Source of the DNA: Octopus sinensis
Lineage: Eukaryota
Direction: 5' to 3'
DNA: 9,167 bases
Assembly: GCF_006345805.1 (NCBI RefSeq)
Contig: NW_021828000.1
Location: 1-9,167 of the forward strand
In this document: positions 7,821-9,167 of the stretch, piece after piece
Position numbering within the stretch: the stretch's first letter is position 1
How the letters are laid out: each line of letters begins with the position of its first letter
Position numbers and translations under genes: made by a program
The notes under the pieces: model-generated
Seen by the model: only the letters and a program-made list of their open reading frames with translations
What the model was told of the DNA's origin: nothing
Database searches by the model: none

Positions 7821-8356
7821 TCCATTTGTGTGTGCATATTTCTATGTGCGTACGTGTTTGCCTTCAATGCCAATAAGTCCTGTCGTCAAAAGAGGTTGAA
7901 CGCCCAGTCAGCCGTGCCAAATCGTCAGGTCAAAAAAGCCGAGCCCACTCGTTCCATTCTGATCCTCGATTGCTCTTAGCTCTTTGGTGCTTTTATCACG
8001 GTTTTATTTTATTTTATTTTATGGTTAATCTGATCTGTTTGCAGAACCACCGAGAGAAATGTAGTGAGACTGACGAACTTTTGGGACACTGGGCCCCCGG
8101 AGAAGCGGTCCTTCCAAAATTCAAAGGGGCTGTAAATTTCTCTCTGTTTTCTTTCTTCTTTTTTTTTTTGCAGGGCCCTAGCAAAAAGTAACAAGCCCCT
8201 CTTTAGCTGATTGGGCCGTAGACCAATGTAGCTGCTTTTAAGGGCCAGGGTTACATGCAGTTTTTTTCTGAGGTAATCTTATCTTACACGACGAAGAATC
8301 CTTCAATGAGGATCGTTACAATCCAATGTATTATTAACCTCATCGTGAATGTTATC

Positions 8357-8399
8357 GTCCGTAAAGACGGACAAAATGTCGCAAAGCATTTTACCCGCA
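8357..8399 (-). mobile_element. Partial second head of the Deu/Nin-type SINE, fused to its tail
   Basis: 8360-8391 matches 8540-8571 at 29/32 (direct repeat, 180-bp offset). Confidence 0.8.
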
Positions 8400-8608
8400 T
8401 TTTAGTTTCAAATTTCAGGTGAAGACCAGCAAGTCCGGAAGAAAGGGTTAAGTCGATCACAGGGATCAACTGGTGCTTATTTTATTGACCCTGAAATGAT
8501 GGAAGGCAAATTCGACTTCTGCTAAATTTGAACTCAGAACGTAAAGACGGACGAAATGTCGTTAAGCATTTAGTCCAACGTGCTAACGATTCTGCCGGCT
8601 CACCGCCC
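8400..8608 (-). mobile_element. tRNA-derived SINE with Deu/Nin-type central domain
   Basis: Minus strand head ggcggtgagccggcagaatcgttagcacg...ctgagttcaaattt (B-box GTTCAAATT). Central gtcgaatttgccttccatcatttcagggtcaataaaataagcaccag (about 8516-8470) resembles the conserved Deu/Nin SINE domain as I recall it. Tail aaatttgaaactaaaa. Confidence 0.8.
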
Positions 8609-8774
8609 TAATCTTCCTGAAATATTAGCTTAAGGCCATAAAAACGAAAATTGTTTTCTACTAGCTCCCCCTTATGAATGTAAGAGAATTTGGATGCCCG
8701 TGGGCATATGGCGTAGTGGTTAAGAGTACACGAGCTACTAACCCCAAGATTCCGAGTTCAATTCCAAGCAGTGA

Positions 8775-8917
<143 letters not shown>

Positions 8918-8969
8918 AGCATTGAAAGAATACCTTAGGAATGAGAACCCAGGTTTGAAATTTCCCCAA

Positions 8970-9014
8970 GGCACCTGATGAAGGCTTGGAGGGTATCAGC
9001 CGAAGCGTTGTGTT
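8970..9014 (+). ncRNA. Minimal type I hammerhead ribozyme motif with one core substitution
   Basis: Helix I GGCAC(8970-8974)/GTGTT(9010-9014); canonical CTGATGA (8975-8981); extra A (8982); helix II GGCT(8983-8986)/AGCC(8998-9001); GAA (9002-9004); GCGT at the ACGT position; T17 at 9009. Position 15.1 is G instead of A. Confidence 0.68.
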
Positions 9015-9062
9015 AAAACACAAACAAGATATCCGTCAAATGTAAATAGTGTAATAAGTGAT

Positions 9063-9167
<105 letters not shown>

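Noticed and set aside
8070-8076. Further CTGACGA heptamers at 8070-8076 (+), 2786-2792 (-) and 7922-7928 (-)
   Set aside because: None is followed by a helix II plus GAAA and a matching helix I, so they are not hammerheads.
8084-8250. Repeated GGGCC(C) motifs suggesting a decayed MITE
   Set aside because: No terminal inverted repeats or TSD could be identified.
8138-8278. Strong-looking acceptor (pyrimidine tract + TGCAG ending 8173) and donor GAG|GTAATC, giving a 99-nt exon
   Set aside because: All three frames contain stops and T-rich tracts are ubiquitous here. A non-coding exon cannot be supported without RNA data.
8694-8707. ATGCCC-gt-GGGCAT mini-palindrome at the SINE 5' junction
   Set aside because: Only 6 bp. 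It may be part of the family consensus or chance, and cannot be interpreted from one copy.

Overview
AT-rich, non-coding animal DNA; I find no supportable protein-coding gene, and most listed ORFs are translations of microsatellites. The window is a mosaic of compound microsatellites and short retroposons whose sequences I recognise as typical of octopus (coleoid cephalopod) genomes. That assignment is from memory, not from a search. It holds six copies/halves plus a tail fragment of one tRNA-derived SINE family, one Deu/Nin-domain SINE, one tRNA-headed SINE with a trinucleotide core, and two copies of a ~200-bp element flanked by target-site duplications. The main result is that two unrelated repeat families carry minimal type I hammerhead-ribozyme folds of the kind known from Penelope-like elements (725-760 +, 2316-2352 -, 8970-9014 +). 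Each copy has core mutations, so activity is unproven. The second theme is five inverted-repeat or fold-back structures that would form dsRNA or cruciforms.
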